Source: Candidatus Uhrbacteria bacterium (lineage in GTDB: Bacteria > Patescibacteriota > Patescibacteriia > 2-12-FULL-60-25). From it: a DNA stretch of 64,000 nucleotides. Location of the stretch: positions 3,073 to 67,072 of the forward strand of contig JACRQE010000007.1 of the NCBI GenBank assembly GCA_016222815.1, in the 5' to 3' direction. Numbering within the stretch: position 1 is the stretch's first letter; each line of letters opens with the position of its first letter. This document shows, piece by piece, positions 27,747 to 36,518 of the stretch. The notes beneath the pieces are model-generated. The model saw nothing but the letters and a program-made list of their open reading frames with translations, searched no databases and had not been told where the DNA came from. A program made the translations under genes and the position numbers.

Positions 27747-29225
27747 ATGTTATTTGACATGAAGATTACCCGCAGAATCTTAATTTTTACGTTATTATTG
27801 GCCTGCGTTTTCCCGAACGTATCGCCTAATTCAGCAAAGGCCCAAGAGCTCAATTTGGACCCGGGTTTTGACCCAAACCACGTGCTTGAGGATGAAGACA
27901 TCTTCGACGTCAACGGCATGTCTTATGACCGGATGGTCAGTTTTTTGCGCACCAAAGGCACGCTGGCCGACTACCGCACCCCCGACATAGACGGCGTCCC
28001 GAAAACCGCAGCCGAAATCATCTGGCGCGTCGCCAATTCCTACAAGATAAACCCCAAATACCTGATGGTCCTGATACAAAAGGAGCAATCCCTGGTCGAG
28101 GACCCGCACCCCTCACAGAAACAGTTCGACTGGGCCGCCGGTTACGGTGTCTGCGATTCCTGCAGCATGAACGATCCCGCCATCCAGAATTACAAAGGCT
28201 TCGCTTCGCAGATGGAGTGGGCAGCCAAACAGCACCGTGAAAAATATCTGATCCAGATCTTAGGCAACGGCAAGACCATCGCCGGCAAGGCCCCTGGCAA
28301 ACCCATGAACATCGATGGTGAGATCGTCACCCCGAAAAATAACGCCACAGCCATGCTGTACAGTTACACGCCGCACATCCATGGCAACCTCAACCTATGG
28401 CGCATCTGGCGCCGCTGGTTCAGCCTGGTCTTCCCTGACGGTACAGTTGTTCGCGGCATCCCGTCGGGCAAAACTTACCTGTTGCGGCTGGGACAAAAGA
28501 GACCGTTCGCCTCACCGGTCGTGACCGAATCGTTGGTTGATCCGGAAAAAGCGGTCGAAGTTTCGGACACCGAACTCGACGCATATCCTGACGGTCCTAC
28601 CATCCAGTTCCCCAAGTTCGCCCTGCTTAAAGACCCGAAAAACGCCATCTGGCTCTTGACCGAAGGCGGTCGTCGTCATATCACCGACATGGAGACCTTC
28701 AACAGATTCGGTTTCAATGCTGACGAGATAATCGATGTCCAGGATACCGATCTGCAAGACTACGAAATCCTGCCTCCAATCGACCAAAAGACCGAATTCC
28801 CCCAAGGACGCGTCCTGCAGGATACGGGCGATAAAAGCTACTGGTATGTAGAAGATGACGTAAAACAGCTGATTCCTGACAAGGCTTTTTTGTCGCTGTA
28901 CTTCAGCGGCCGTAACATCAAAAAAGTAAGCTCAAAGGCTCTGGCTAAATATAAGGTCGGCGAAACCTACCGTTTCCACGACGCCGAATTGGTTCGCGGC
29001 ATAAAATCACCGGCGGTCAGCGTCATCCAGGACGGCAAGCTCCGTCCCATACCGAGCGCCGAAGTCTTTGAGACTTTGGGCTGGAAATGGAAAAATGTCG
29101 TGACGGTTCCCGACAACCTTCTTTCGGCGTATCCTGTTGGCGAACCGTTTTCGCTCAATTACGTGGCACCGCCCGAAGCGCCTGCCGTTGACGACACCGT
29201 TGATGCGGTTTTGACCCAAAATTGA
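27747..29225 (+). CDS. Secreted protein, possible peptidoglycan hydrolase-like N-terminal domain
   Basis: Signal peptide (alternative start ATG 27759, MKITRR..). ..YKINPKYLMVLIQKEQSL.. resembles the glucosaminidase / lytic transglycosylase substrate-groove motif; weak call. Confidence 0.45.
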   Translation: MLFDMKITRRILIFTLLLACVFPNVSPNSAKAQELNLDPGFDPNHVLEDEDIFDVNGMSYDRMVSFLRTKGTLADYRTPDIDGVPKTAAEIIWRVANSYKINPKYLMVLIQKEQSLVEDPHPSQKQFDWAAGYGVCDSCSMNDPAIQNYKGFASQMEWAAKQHREKYLIQILGNGKTIAGKAPGKPMNIDGEIVTPKNNATAMLYSYTPHIHGNLNLWRIWRRWFSLVFPDGTVVRGIPSGKTYLLRLGQKRPFASPVVTESLVDPEKAVEVSDTELDAYPDGPTIQFPKFALLKDPKNAIWLLTEGGRRHITDMETFNRFGFNADEIIDVQDTDLQDYEILPPIDQKTEFPQGRVLQDTGDKSYWYVEDDVKQLIPDKAFLSLYFSGRNIKKVSSKALAKYKVGETYRFHDAELVRGIKSPAVSVIQDGKLRPIPSAEVFETLGWKWKNVVTVPDNLLSAYPVGEPFSLNYVAPPEAPAVDDTVDAVLTQN

Positions 29226-29240
29226 TCCAAAAAGCAAACT

Positions 29241-30032
29241 ATGATTGTCTTTGCGGCCATCGTGCCCCACTCCCCGCTCCTAGTCCCGACCATCGGCAAA
29301 GAACATCGCCAAAAACTTGCCGGGACCACGGCCGCAATAGCCGAAATCGAGCAAGCACTGTATCTGTCTAAACCGGACACCATCTGCATCATGGCGCCAC
29401 ACGGCTCCCGCTATCCCGACGCTTTCAGCATCAATCTGGCGCAAAAATATTCCGGCAACTTCAAGGCCTTTGGTGATTTTTCGACCGTAGTCGAAGCCAA
29501 AGGTGATTTCTTGATGATCGACCACCTGCAACGGAAACTCCGCGAAGAAAACGTCCCGTTCACTCTGACATCAAATGAGGAGCTCGATTACAGCTTCAGC
29601 GTCCCCATTCTGCTTTTGACCACGCATCTGACCAACTGGAAGCTCATTCCCGTTTCACCATCCATGCACGACGGCAAATCACACTACGATTTCGGTACGC
29701 AACTCAAACGTATCCTGCACGCCGAAGAACGACGCGTAGCCGTCATCGCCAGCGCCGATCTTTCGCACAAGGTCACCAAAGACTCACCAGGCGGAGCCAC
29801 CCCGGAAGGCGAAAAATTCGACGCCGCAATGGTTGAATTCGCCGTGGCCAATAAACCAGACCAACTCTTCGCTTTGCCGCCTGATATCATCGAAAACGCC
29901 AGCCAGTGCGGTTATCGCCCTATCATGACCCTGCTAGGGACCCTGAACGAAATCAACGTCACGCCCAAAAAGCTTTGCTACGAAGCTCCGTTCGGCGTCG
30001 GCTACCTGACGGTCAGGTACGATATCGTGTAG
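29241..30032 (+). CDS. LigB/MEMO-superfamily protein (class III extradiol dioxygenase subunit B-like)
   Basis: ..VPHSPLLVP.., ..MAPHG.., ..ASADLSHK.., ..QCGYRPIMTLLG.. resemble LigB/MEMO metal-site motifs. Confidence 0.5.
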   Translation: MIVFAAIVPHSPLLVPTIGKEHRQKLAGTTAAIAEIEQALYLSKPDTICIMAPHGSRYPDAFSINLAQKYSGNFKAFGDFSTVVEAKGDFLMIDHLQRKLREENVPFTLTSNEELDYSFSVPILLLTTHLTNWKLIPVSPSMHDGKSHYDFGTQLKRILHAEERRVAVIASADLSHKVTKDSPGGATPEGEKFDAAMVEFAVANKPDQLFALPPDIIENASQCGYRPIMTLLGTLNEINVTPKKLCYEAPFGVGYLTVRYDIV

Positions 30033-30101
30033 CGGTGTCAACATATAGCCTGTAACACAAAACATGTGGTAGAAACATGTCGTATTGATGATTTTCATCC
30101 C

Positions 30102-30122
30102 ATGCTACATGCTACATGCTAC
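30102..30122. repeat. Tandem heptamer repeat, 3 x ATGCTAC, abutting the priA ATG
   Basis: atgctac atgctac atgctac ATG. Each unit contains an ATG, and together the ATGs cover all three frames. Confidence 0.85.
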
Positions 30123-31856
30123 ATGAGGTTCGTTTCCGTCGTTCCGGCAATCCGCACCATTCCCGGTGTGGAGTCATTTGACTATTCCATCAGCCCCGAA
30201 GGTACCCTTGAGATAGGTGACCTCATCCGCGTCCCTTTCCGAAACCGACAAATACCAGCAATCGTGGTCGGTTTTTCCGACTCGAGCCAGTACGCCGCAA
30301 AAGCCAAGAACCTCGAAGACCCGCAAATTTTACTTCGTCTCGGTCCGGCGGTCGTAGATTTGCTCGAACGGACGTCCCGTCGAACATTCTCCTCCCACCC
30401 TTCAGTCCTGCTCGCCTGGCTTAGGGAAGTCCCCAAAAGATTCAAATTGCCGCCTGCCCGCGCCTCCAATGCCGATCAACTCGGGATATCGTTCGCCAAA
30501 AAAGAAACCCGCTATCTGGCGGATATACTCCATGCCCAGGATGGGCTGGTGCCGACCGCCAGTTCCTGCAACGGACGTACGCTTATCCTTTCTGCCTGGA
30601 AAAATCCTGCAACCTCTTTGGCCGCAGAATTAGGCTGTCCGGTCCTGCATTCCGACATTCCGGCTGGAGCAGCTTGGAAAATCCTCGTGGACTTCGTCAC
30701 TAGTGACGCACATCAGCTCGTCACTACGAAACTTGGTGCCTGGTTAGCCTGCTTCGCAGACACGGTACTCATCGAAGAACCGGAAAACGACGACCATAAA
30801 CAAGACGAGCTTGCACCCCGCATTGATGCCCGTTGGCTCGTAGCCGAATGCGCTAAAATCCGTCCCAACTTATCTGTCATCGGATTCAGTTTAACCCCCG
30901 GACTGGATGTGGATACTCCATCCCTGCCTGCACTGACACCTGAAACCATTTTCGAGACATTCAGCCGCAGCGGCCGTTCTTCGTTCGACGGTCTGACTGC
31001 CTCGACTATGAATCGCGTAGAGGAGGCGCTGGTCGAAAAGCGCCCTGTCACCATCATCCATCCGGTGCGCGGAGAACGCGCAAGATTTTCCTGCTCCAAC
31101 TGCGGCTGGACCGCGACCTGTCCGGCCTGCGGCTATCAATTGGGGCAATACGGCTCTTCCGGCTTATGCCGAAAATGCGGTCGCAAATCACCCCTGCCTC
31201 TCGATTGTCCGCAATGCGGCGGCACTGACTTCTCGCGCGGCCGACCCGGGTTGGACCGCCTGGTCGAGCAAATCTCCAAAATGGAGTCAGGCTCGACAAT
31301 CAGCATCATCAACCTGACGCAAGCCCAAGAAAACCGATTCCCGCAAACTTCCCTGGTCGTCATCAATGACGCAGCTTTATTAGCCGGAGCAGTTGAAGAC
31401 ATCCGCCGTCGCGAACGCCTAGTGGTCGCCTGGCGGAGACTTGCGGCCAAAGCCCAAATCGCAGGTGCAACCCTCGTGGTACAAGCCAAAGACGAGGTCC
31501 TGGCGCTCTGCCAAAGAACCATGTCATCCGAAGGGTTGGAAGAGGAACGGAAACTCGAAAAAAATGAACGTCGCCTCTTCAACTTCCCGCCTGCGTCCAG
31601 ATTGGTTAAAATGCTGGTGGATGGAGACGAGCACAACGCCGCCGCCCTATTCAAGCATCTGACCGAGGCTTTTCCCCAGGACTGGAATATCTCCGGTCCA
31701 TTCCCTGTTCCTTACCGTTCCTCGACCCGCACTCCCAGGTCCATAATCCAAGTCACTCTTCCGCTTTCTGTCTCTGAACAGGATCTATACGCCGCCTTTG
31801 ACCCGTACAAGCTTGATGCATACATTGACCTTGACCCAATCGCCTTTTTCTGCTAA
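30123..31856 (+). CDS. priA: Primosomal protein N' (PriA) homologue with degenerate helicase motifs
   Basis: N-terminal 3'-BD-like region (..GDLIRVPFRNRQIPAIVVG..) and a PriA Cys-rich zinc region (CSNCGWTATCPACG..CRKCG..CPQCGG). Alternative starts at 30102 and 30066. Confidence 0.75.
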   Translation: MRFVSVVPAIRTIPGVESFDYSISPEGTLEIGDLIRVPFRNRQIPAIVVGFSDSSQYAAKAKNLEDPQILLRLGPAVVDLLERTSRRTFSSHPSVLLAWLREVPKRFKLPPARASNADQLGISFAKKETRYLADILHAQDGLVPTASSCNGRTLILSAWKNPATSLAAELGCPVLHSDIPAGAAWKILVDFVTSDAHQLVTTKLGAWLACFADTVLIEEPENDDHKQDELAPRIDARWLVAECAKIRPNLSVIGFSLTPGLDVDTPSLPALTPETIFETFSRSGRSSFDGLTASTMNRVEEALVEKRPVTIIHPVRGERARFSCSNCGWTATCPACGYQLGQYGSSGLCRKCGRKSPLPLDCPQCGGTDFSRGRPGLDRLVEQISKMESGSTISIINLTQAQENRFPQTSLVVINDAALLAGAVEDIRRRERLVVAWRRLAAKAQIAGATLVVQAKDEVLALCQRTMSSEGLEEERKLEKNERRLFNFPPASRLVKMLVDGDEHNAAALFKHLTEAFPQDWNISGPFPVPYRSSTRTPRSIIQVTLPLSVSEQDLYAAFDPYKLDAYIDLDPIAFFC

Positions 31857-31876
31857 GATTACCCATTAATAAGACC

Positions 31877-32365
31877 ATGCCGAAAATCCTTGATGTCGTG
31901 ACCATCCCAGCCAAATCCCTGCGCCAGCGTTCGCAGGAGGTTGAGGTTACGCAAATCGGCACGCCCGATTTCCAAGGATTTTTGGATGATTTGATAGCCA
32001 CCATGGAGGTCCAGCACAACGCCGCCGGCCTGGCCGCACCGCAAGTCGGCCGCAACATCCGTGTCTTCGTGGTAAACGAAAATACCGGACCAAAAGTCTA
32101 CATCAACCCGGAGATCGAAGTCATGTCTGAAACCGTAGTCGAAAGCGAAGAAGGCTGCTTCAGCGTTCCCGGCGTCTGGGGCATGGTCCCGCGCGCCAAA
32201 AAGGTCCGCCTCAAATCCCTAGACCGCCATGGCCGTCGGCTTGAGACTGCCGCCAAAGGTTTCCAGGCCATCGTCTTCCAACACGAATTCGATCATCTTG
32301 AAGGCGTACTCTTCATCGACAAGATGACCCACAAAACCCAAGGCCTGGGTACGAAATCCGTCTGA
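31877..32365 (+). CDS. def: Peptide deformylase
   Basis: GLAAPQVG, EGCFSVPG and HEFDHLEG motifs. Confidence 0.96.
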   Translation: MPKILDVVTIPAKSLRQRSQEVEVTQIGTPDFQGFLDDLIATMEVQHNAAGLAAPQVGRNIRVFVVNENTGPKVYINPEIEVMSETVVESEEGCFSVPGVWGMVPRAKKVRLKSLDRHGRRLETAAKGFQAIVFQHEFDHLEGVLFIDKMTHKTQGLGTKSV

Positions 32366-32372
32366 CATCTGC

Positions 32373-33296
32373 ATGCATAAAATCATCTTCTTCGGGACGT
32401 CCAATTTCGCGGTCCCTTCGCTCCAATCACTGGCTAGCGACGAAAGGTTCGAAATCGCCGGCATCGTGACCCAACCAGACCGTCCCGTGGGCCGCCACGC
32501 CGTCCTGACTCCACCGGCCGTAAAGATCGCCGCTCCGAAAGGAACACTCGTCTTCCAACCCGAAAAACTCAAAGACGAATCATTCAAAGCCTGGGTAACC
32601 GAGTTTGGCCCAACTTGCGACGCCTTCGTAATAGTTTCGTACGGCAAAATCCTCCCCCAGTGGCTCTTGGACCTGCCGAAAAAAGGCATCGTCAATGTCC
32701 ACGGTTCGCTCCTCCCTCGCTGGCGCGGCGCATCCCCTATCCAGGCTGCTATAGCCGCCGGCGACACTGCTACGGGCGTTACCGTCATGCTGATTGATGC
32801 CGAGATGGACCACGGACCGATTCTGGCCCAAGCCGAAGAGCCCATCATGTCCGACGACACGGGCGGCGAACTCCACGACCGCCTGGCCAAACTCGGCGGA
32901 GAACTTCTCCCAGGCGTCTTAGCCGATTATTTGGACGGCAGAATCGAACCAAAAGAACAGAAGCATGAAGACGCTACCTACTGTAAGATTTTGACGCGTG
33001 ACGACGGAAAACTTGATCCGAACGATACAGCGGAAAATCTCGAACAGCTTGTTTTTGCCTACGACCCCTGGCCCGGCACGTGGATCGAAAAAAACGGCAA
33101 ACGCCTGAAGATCCTCGAAGCCATGGAAGGCGACCCTGATAAAACACGCAATCCCGGAGACTTTTTTGTCCGCAACGGACTCCCCTGCCTCGCCTGCGCC
33201 GCCGGCACTGTCTTGGTAATCAAACGTCTCCAACCCGAAGGCAAAAAGCCTATGTCAGGGCAAGAATATTTGCGCGGCAAAAATAGCTGGATATAA
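32373..33296 (+). CDS. fmt: Methionyl-tRNA formyltransferase
   Basis: 307 aa with ..NVHGSLLPRWRGASPIQ.. and a C-terminal tRNA-binding domain. Confidence 0.95.
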   Translation: MHKIIFFGTSNFAVPSLQSLASDERFEIAGIVTQPDRPVGRHAVLTPPAVKIAAPKGTLVFQPEKLKDESFKAWVTEFGPTCDAFVIVSYGKILPQWLLDLPKKGIVNVHGSLLPRWRGASPIQAAIAAGDTATGVTVMLIDAEMDHGPILAQAEEPIMSDDTGGELHDRLAKLGGELLPGVLADYLDGRIEPKEQKHEDATYCKILTRDDGKLDPNDTAENLEQLVFAYDPWPGTWIEKNGKRLKILEAMEGDPDKTRNPGDFFVRNGLPCLACAAGTVLVIKRLQPEGKKPMSGQEYLRGKNSWI

Positions 33297-33297
33297 T

Positions 33298-33522
33298 ATG
33301 GAAACTGCTATTCAAATAGGTACATACCGGCACTATTCAGGAAAAGCCTACAAAGTCATCGGCATAGGAAAACATAGCGAGACTCTCGAGGACATGGTCA
33401 TTTACGAGGCGCTTTACGACAACCAACTCTCAAAAATCTGGATCAGACCTGTAGCCATGTTCACTGAAATCGTTCCCTGGCCGGACGGCAACTCAAGACC
33501 GCGCTTTGAGTTCATTGGATAG
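33298..33522 (+). CDS. DUF1653-family small protein
   Basis: 74 aa; YRHYSGKAYKVIGIGKHSETLEDMVIYEALY matches my memory of the DUF1653 pattern. Confidence 0.65.
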   Translation: METAIQIGTYRHYSGKAYKVIGIGKHSETLEDMVIYEALYDNQLSKIWIRPVAMFTEIVPWPDGNSRPRFEFIG

Positions 33523-35808
33523 TCCTCGTTTTAACTCAATCATCCCCTCTCCCAGGAACAAAAACGCGAAACCCAGCGGATGGTTCAGATACGGCGTGAA
33601 GAAATGGAGCACGGCCAAAGCCACGAGCGACGAAACCGCTCCGAGGCGCAGCCAGCGCGGTTCTTCCAGTTTCCATATCCTCCAACCCAGCGAAATCAAT
33701 ATCCAAAGCATGACCGGGATGCCTAAAATCCCGAATTTTATCCAATGTTCCAGCCAGCCCCACTCGAACGCATAGGTTTCCTGCATGCCTCCGGTCGCTT
33801 TGACGATACGCGGATCTTTTGATTCGTAAGTCACAGTTGCACCGAAACCCGAACCAAGGACCGGATGCTCGGAAATCTTCTCCCACATTTTAGGCAGAAG
33901 CTTCCAGCGGCTGACCGCCGCATCTTCATCCATGTCCACTCGTTTTATCACCGCATCAGCGAAAGACCCGAACGGGACGTAGGGGATGGGGAAAAGCAAA
34001 GCCGCCAAAACCAAAACGACGGAAATGATACCCGCAGTTACCACCGGCTTGATTTGTCTTGAAAACAATGATCTGTAAGCCGATATCGCGACGACAATCG
34101 CTCCCGCAACCGCTCCCATCCAAAAACTGCGCGATAAGCTGATGAGGAGCACGGCGCCGCTCGCTGCCAACATCCACCATGCAATCCTCGTTTGTACGCG
34201 GTACGCGGTACGCGGTACGTCCAAAAGCCACGCCATCGCCAAGAGCCAAGCTGCCACCTCAAAGACGTGCGACTGGAAGAACACGCGCCACACGTTCTGT
34301 CCGGCGAACGTAATCTCGCCCACTCCACTACGCCGAATCCAGATATATAGACTGTCAGCAAACCACAAGCCGTGCGAAAACACGTATTCGATGAAAAGAG
34401 TCTTCAAAGCGACCCAGAAAACCGCCACAACCGCGGTCGGCACCAATGTTTTAACCAACTTGTCTCCGCGACGCCGGACTATATCCAAAATCGGTACGAG
34501 TAGCAGCAAGTCGAACCAAGCATTCGCGTCGCTGAACAGAAATCTATGGTCACCGCTCTGCCAGCCTCGGAATATCGCGAAAACGATCAACACCGCCAAA
34601 ACCAGATATTGCGACCTCCCTCGTATAATCTGCTTCACGTCATCTCGACTGAAACGGAGAAATCTCCCTAATAAGGCCAATCCCCACCCGAAAAAGATCG
34701 CGGCAAACAAAACCATCCTCAACGAAACCGTCTGCGGCCAAACTCCGATTTGAAACAAATAACCTTTAGACCCCAACGTCAACTCCAAAAGCAATGCGGT
34801 CAGTGCGTATTCAGGCTTTTTCCATGCCCAATACGACACCATGAGAGCTAAAGCGATCGCGATACAGCTATTCAACCAGCTGACACCCAAAACGAAATAC
34901 GAGATGATCTCGAGACCTGCAATCGCCAACAACCATTTCCCAGCCGTCTGGCTGAAAAAATTTATCATATCCACTGATGCCAGCCCGAATGGCACGACAA
35001 CCGCAATCAACCAATATCTCCAGCCAGGATGCCACTTGGCGAAATACCGCTTCAAGCTGGTAGTGAAATACCTTTGGCGCAACGGTTGGAACTCCTTGGC
35101 AAAAGATTGTCCCAGATGATGCACGACTGTGACTTGCGGTAGGTAGACAACGTCCCAGCCTTCCACTTTAGCCGTCTTGCAAAAATCAACTTCCTCCATC
35201 CAGATGAAATATCGCTCGTCATATCCGAGCTTTTGATCAATGAGTTCCTTACGCACCAAAAAACACGCACCCATGACCTGATCCACGGACTGTTCTTTTT
35301 CAAGGTCGACATCCGCCCCTGAATACCTTTTCAAGACCGGAAGCCACGGCATGAAATGCGCCAGCTTCAAGACAAGTGCCGCTTGGTCCCAAACTCCGGG
35401 GAAACGACGCACACTGGCTTGTACGCGACCGTCCGGATATACAAGTTTCGGCCCTAAAATACCGGCCCTTGGACGTTCATCCGCCAACTTCACGAGCTTG
35501 GTCAGGGAACCAGCCGGACATTCCGTATCCGGATTCAGGAACAAAACGTATCGCGCATCAGCTCCCTGGGCGCCGATATTGCAGGCCTTCGCGAATCCGA
35601 GATTTTGTGTGTTACGTGTCACCCGTAGGGGGACTGCATGCCGTGCCCCGATCGATTCGGCGATCGCCACGCTGTCATCGCTCGACGCATTATCCACAAC
35701 CACGCATTCCCAATCCAAACCCTCACAGGCTTTCGGCAAACTCAAAAGATTTTTCTCCAAAAGGTCAGAGACATTCCAAGATACGATGACGATACGCAGA
35801 TCTTTCAT
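33493..35808 (-). CDS. Fusion protein: N-terminal GT2 glycosyltransferase plus C-terminal O-antigen ligase/polymerase-like (Wzy_C) membrane domain
   Basis: 771 aa. GT-A motifs (IVIVSWN.., VVDNASSDDS, NLGFAKACN, LNPD), then about 12 TM with ..LLISLSRSFWMG.. and ..HPVLGSGFG... Confidence 0.85.
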   Translation of the reverse strand: MKDLRIVIVSWNVSDLLEKNLLSLPKACEGLDWECVVVDNASSDDSVAIAESIGARHAVPLRVTRNTQNLGFAKACNIGAQGADARYVLFLNPDTECPAGSLTKLVKLADERPRAGILGPKLVYPDGRVQASVRRFPGVWDQAALVLKLAHFMPWLPVLKRYSGADVDLEKEQSVDQVMGACFLVRKELIDQKLGYDERYFIWMEEVDFCKTAKVEGWDVVYLPQVTVVHHLGQSFAKEFQPLRQRYFTTSLKRYFAKWHPGWRYWLIAVVVPFGLASVDMINFFSQTAGKWLLAIAGLEIISYFVLGVSWLNSCIAIALALMVSYWAWKKPEYALTALLLELTLGSKGYLFQIGVWPQTVSLRMVLFAAIFFGWGLALLGRFLRFSRDDVKQIIRGRSQYLVLAVLIVFAIFRGWQSGDHRFLFSDANAWFDLLLLVPILDIVRRRGDKLVKTLVPTAVVAVFWVALKTLFIEYVFSHGLWFADSLYIWIRRSGVGEITFAGQNVWRVFFQSHVFEVAAWLLAMAWLLDVPRTAYRVQTRIAWWMLAASGAVLLISLSRSFWMGAVAGAIVVAISAYRSLFSRQIKPVVTAGIISVVLVLAALLFPIPYVPFGSFADAVIKRVDMDEDAAVSRWKLLPKMWEKISEHPVLGSGFGATVTYESKDPRIVKATGGMQETYAFEWGWLEHWIKFGILGIPVMLWILISLGWRIWKLEEPRWLRLGAVSSLVALAVLHFFTPYLNHPLGFAFLFLGEGMIELKRGLSNELKARS
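34194..34221. repeat. Tandem heptamer repeat inside a CDS: 3 x GTACGCG plus GTACGTC
   Basis: gtacgcg gtacgcg gtacgcg gtacgtc, translated on the minus strand as DVPRTAYRVQ in a loop of the ligase domain. Confidence 0.85.
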
Positions 35809-36518
35809 ATCTTATGCTTCTCCCTGATTATTTTTTCCGCATCCTGGTATCTCTTGATCACTTTCGGCATCCAACCGAATATTGGCCAGGGAATCTTATG
35901 CATAAAACTCGGAAGCCAGGAACTTATTCCTGCCTTGCGTTGCTTGACCCTGAACAGATACTCATCGACAAAAATGCCCGAGAGCCCTTTTTCCGCCATC
36001 GTAAGCCACACATCCCAGTCCTGGAATTTCTTGAGGCTCTCGTCGAAACTCGGAAAATCCTTACGCCTGATCAATGATGAAGTATGGATATAATTCAATC
36101 TCTTCAAAGCATCCGCATTCCAGGCTTGAGACGGAAATTTCTTGAAATCCCAAAAAAAACTCGAATACGCGAACGATGCTTTCGGATTCGACTCCAAAGC
36201 TTCGGTTAATCGCAATAGCGCATCTGGAGCCAACTCCACATCTGCATCCAAAAACATGAGATTGGCGGAATCAGTCACGCTGGCCCCATAATTCCTGGCC
36301 GCCGGCGCTCCCCTGCGTTCCGTGAACCTGTCGAGCTTAATCGGTAACTTGTCTCTAAATTTATCAACCGTCGTTTCCGGATGGTCATCCGAACCATTGT
36401 CCACGACCACGACTTCGGCCGGCAGCAGTGTCTGCCGAGACAAAGACTCCAATGTCCCGTCAAGTTCATTGGCGTGGTTGAAACACGGTATGACGATGGC
36501 GATTGGCTCATGACTCAT
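35805..36518 (-). CDS. Glycosyltransferase family 2
   Basis: Start placed at ATG 36518 (MSHEPIAIVIPCFNHAN..VVVVDNGSDD..FLDADV). ATGA overlaps at both ends. Confidence 0.85.
   Translation of the reverse strand: MSHEPIAIVIPCFNHANELDGTLESLSRQTLLPAEVVVVDNGSDDHPETTVDKFRDKLPIKLDRFTERRGAPAARNYGASVTDSANLMFLDADVELAPDALLRLTEALESNPKASFAYSSFFWDFKKFPSQAWNADALKRLNYIHTSSLIRRKDFPSFDESLKKFQDWDVWLTMAEKGLSGIFVDEYLFRVKQRKAGISSWLPSFMHKIPWPIFGWMPKVIKRYQDAEKIIREKHKI

Noticed and set aside
30066-30122. GTG start at 30066 for priA (ORF-track start)
   Set aside because: The added residues (MVETCRIDDFHPMLHATCY) are translated partly from the heptamer array, and PriA-like sequence begins at MRFVSVVPAI. ATG 30123 is preferred and 30102 remains possible.
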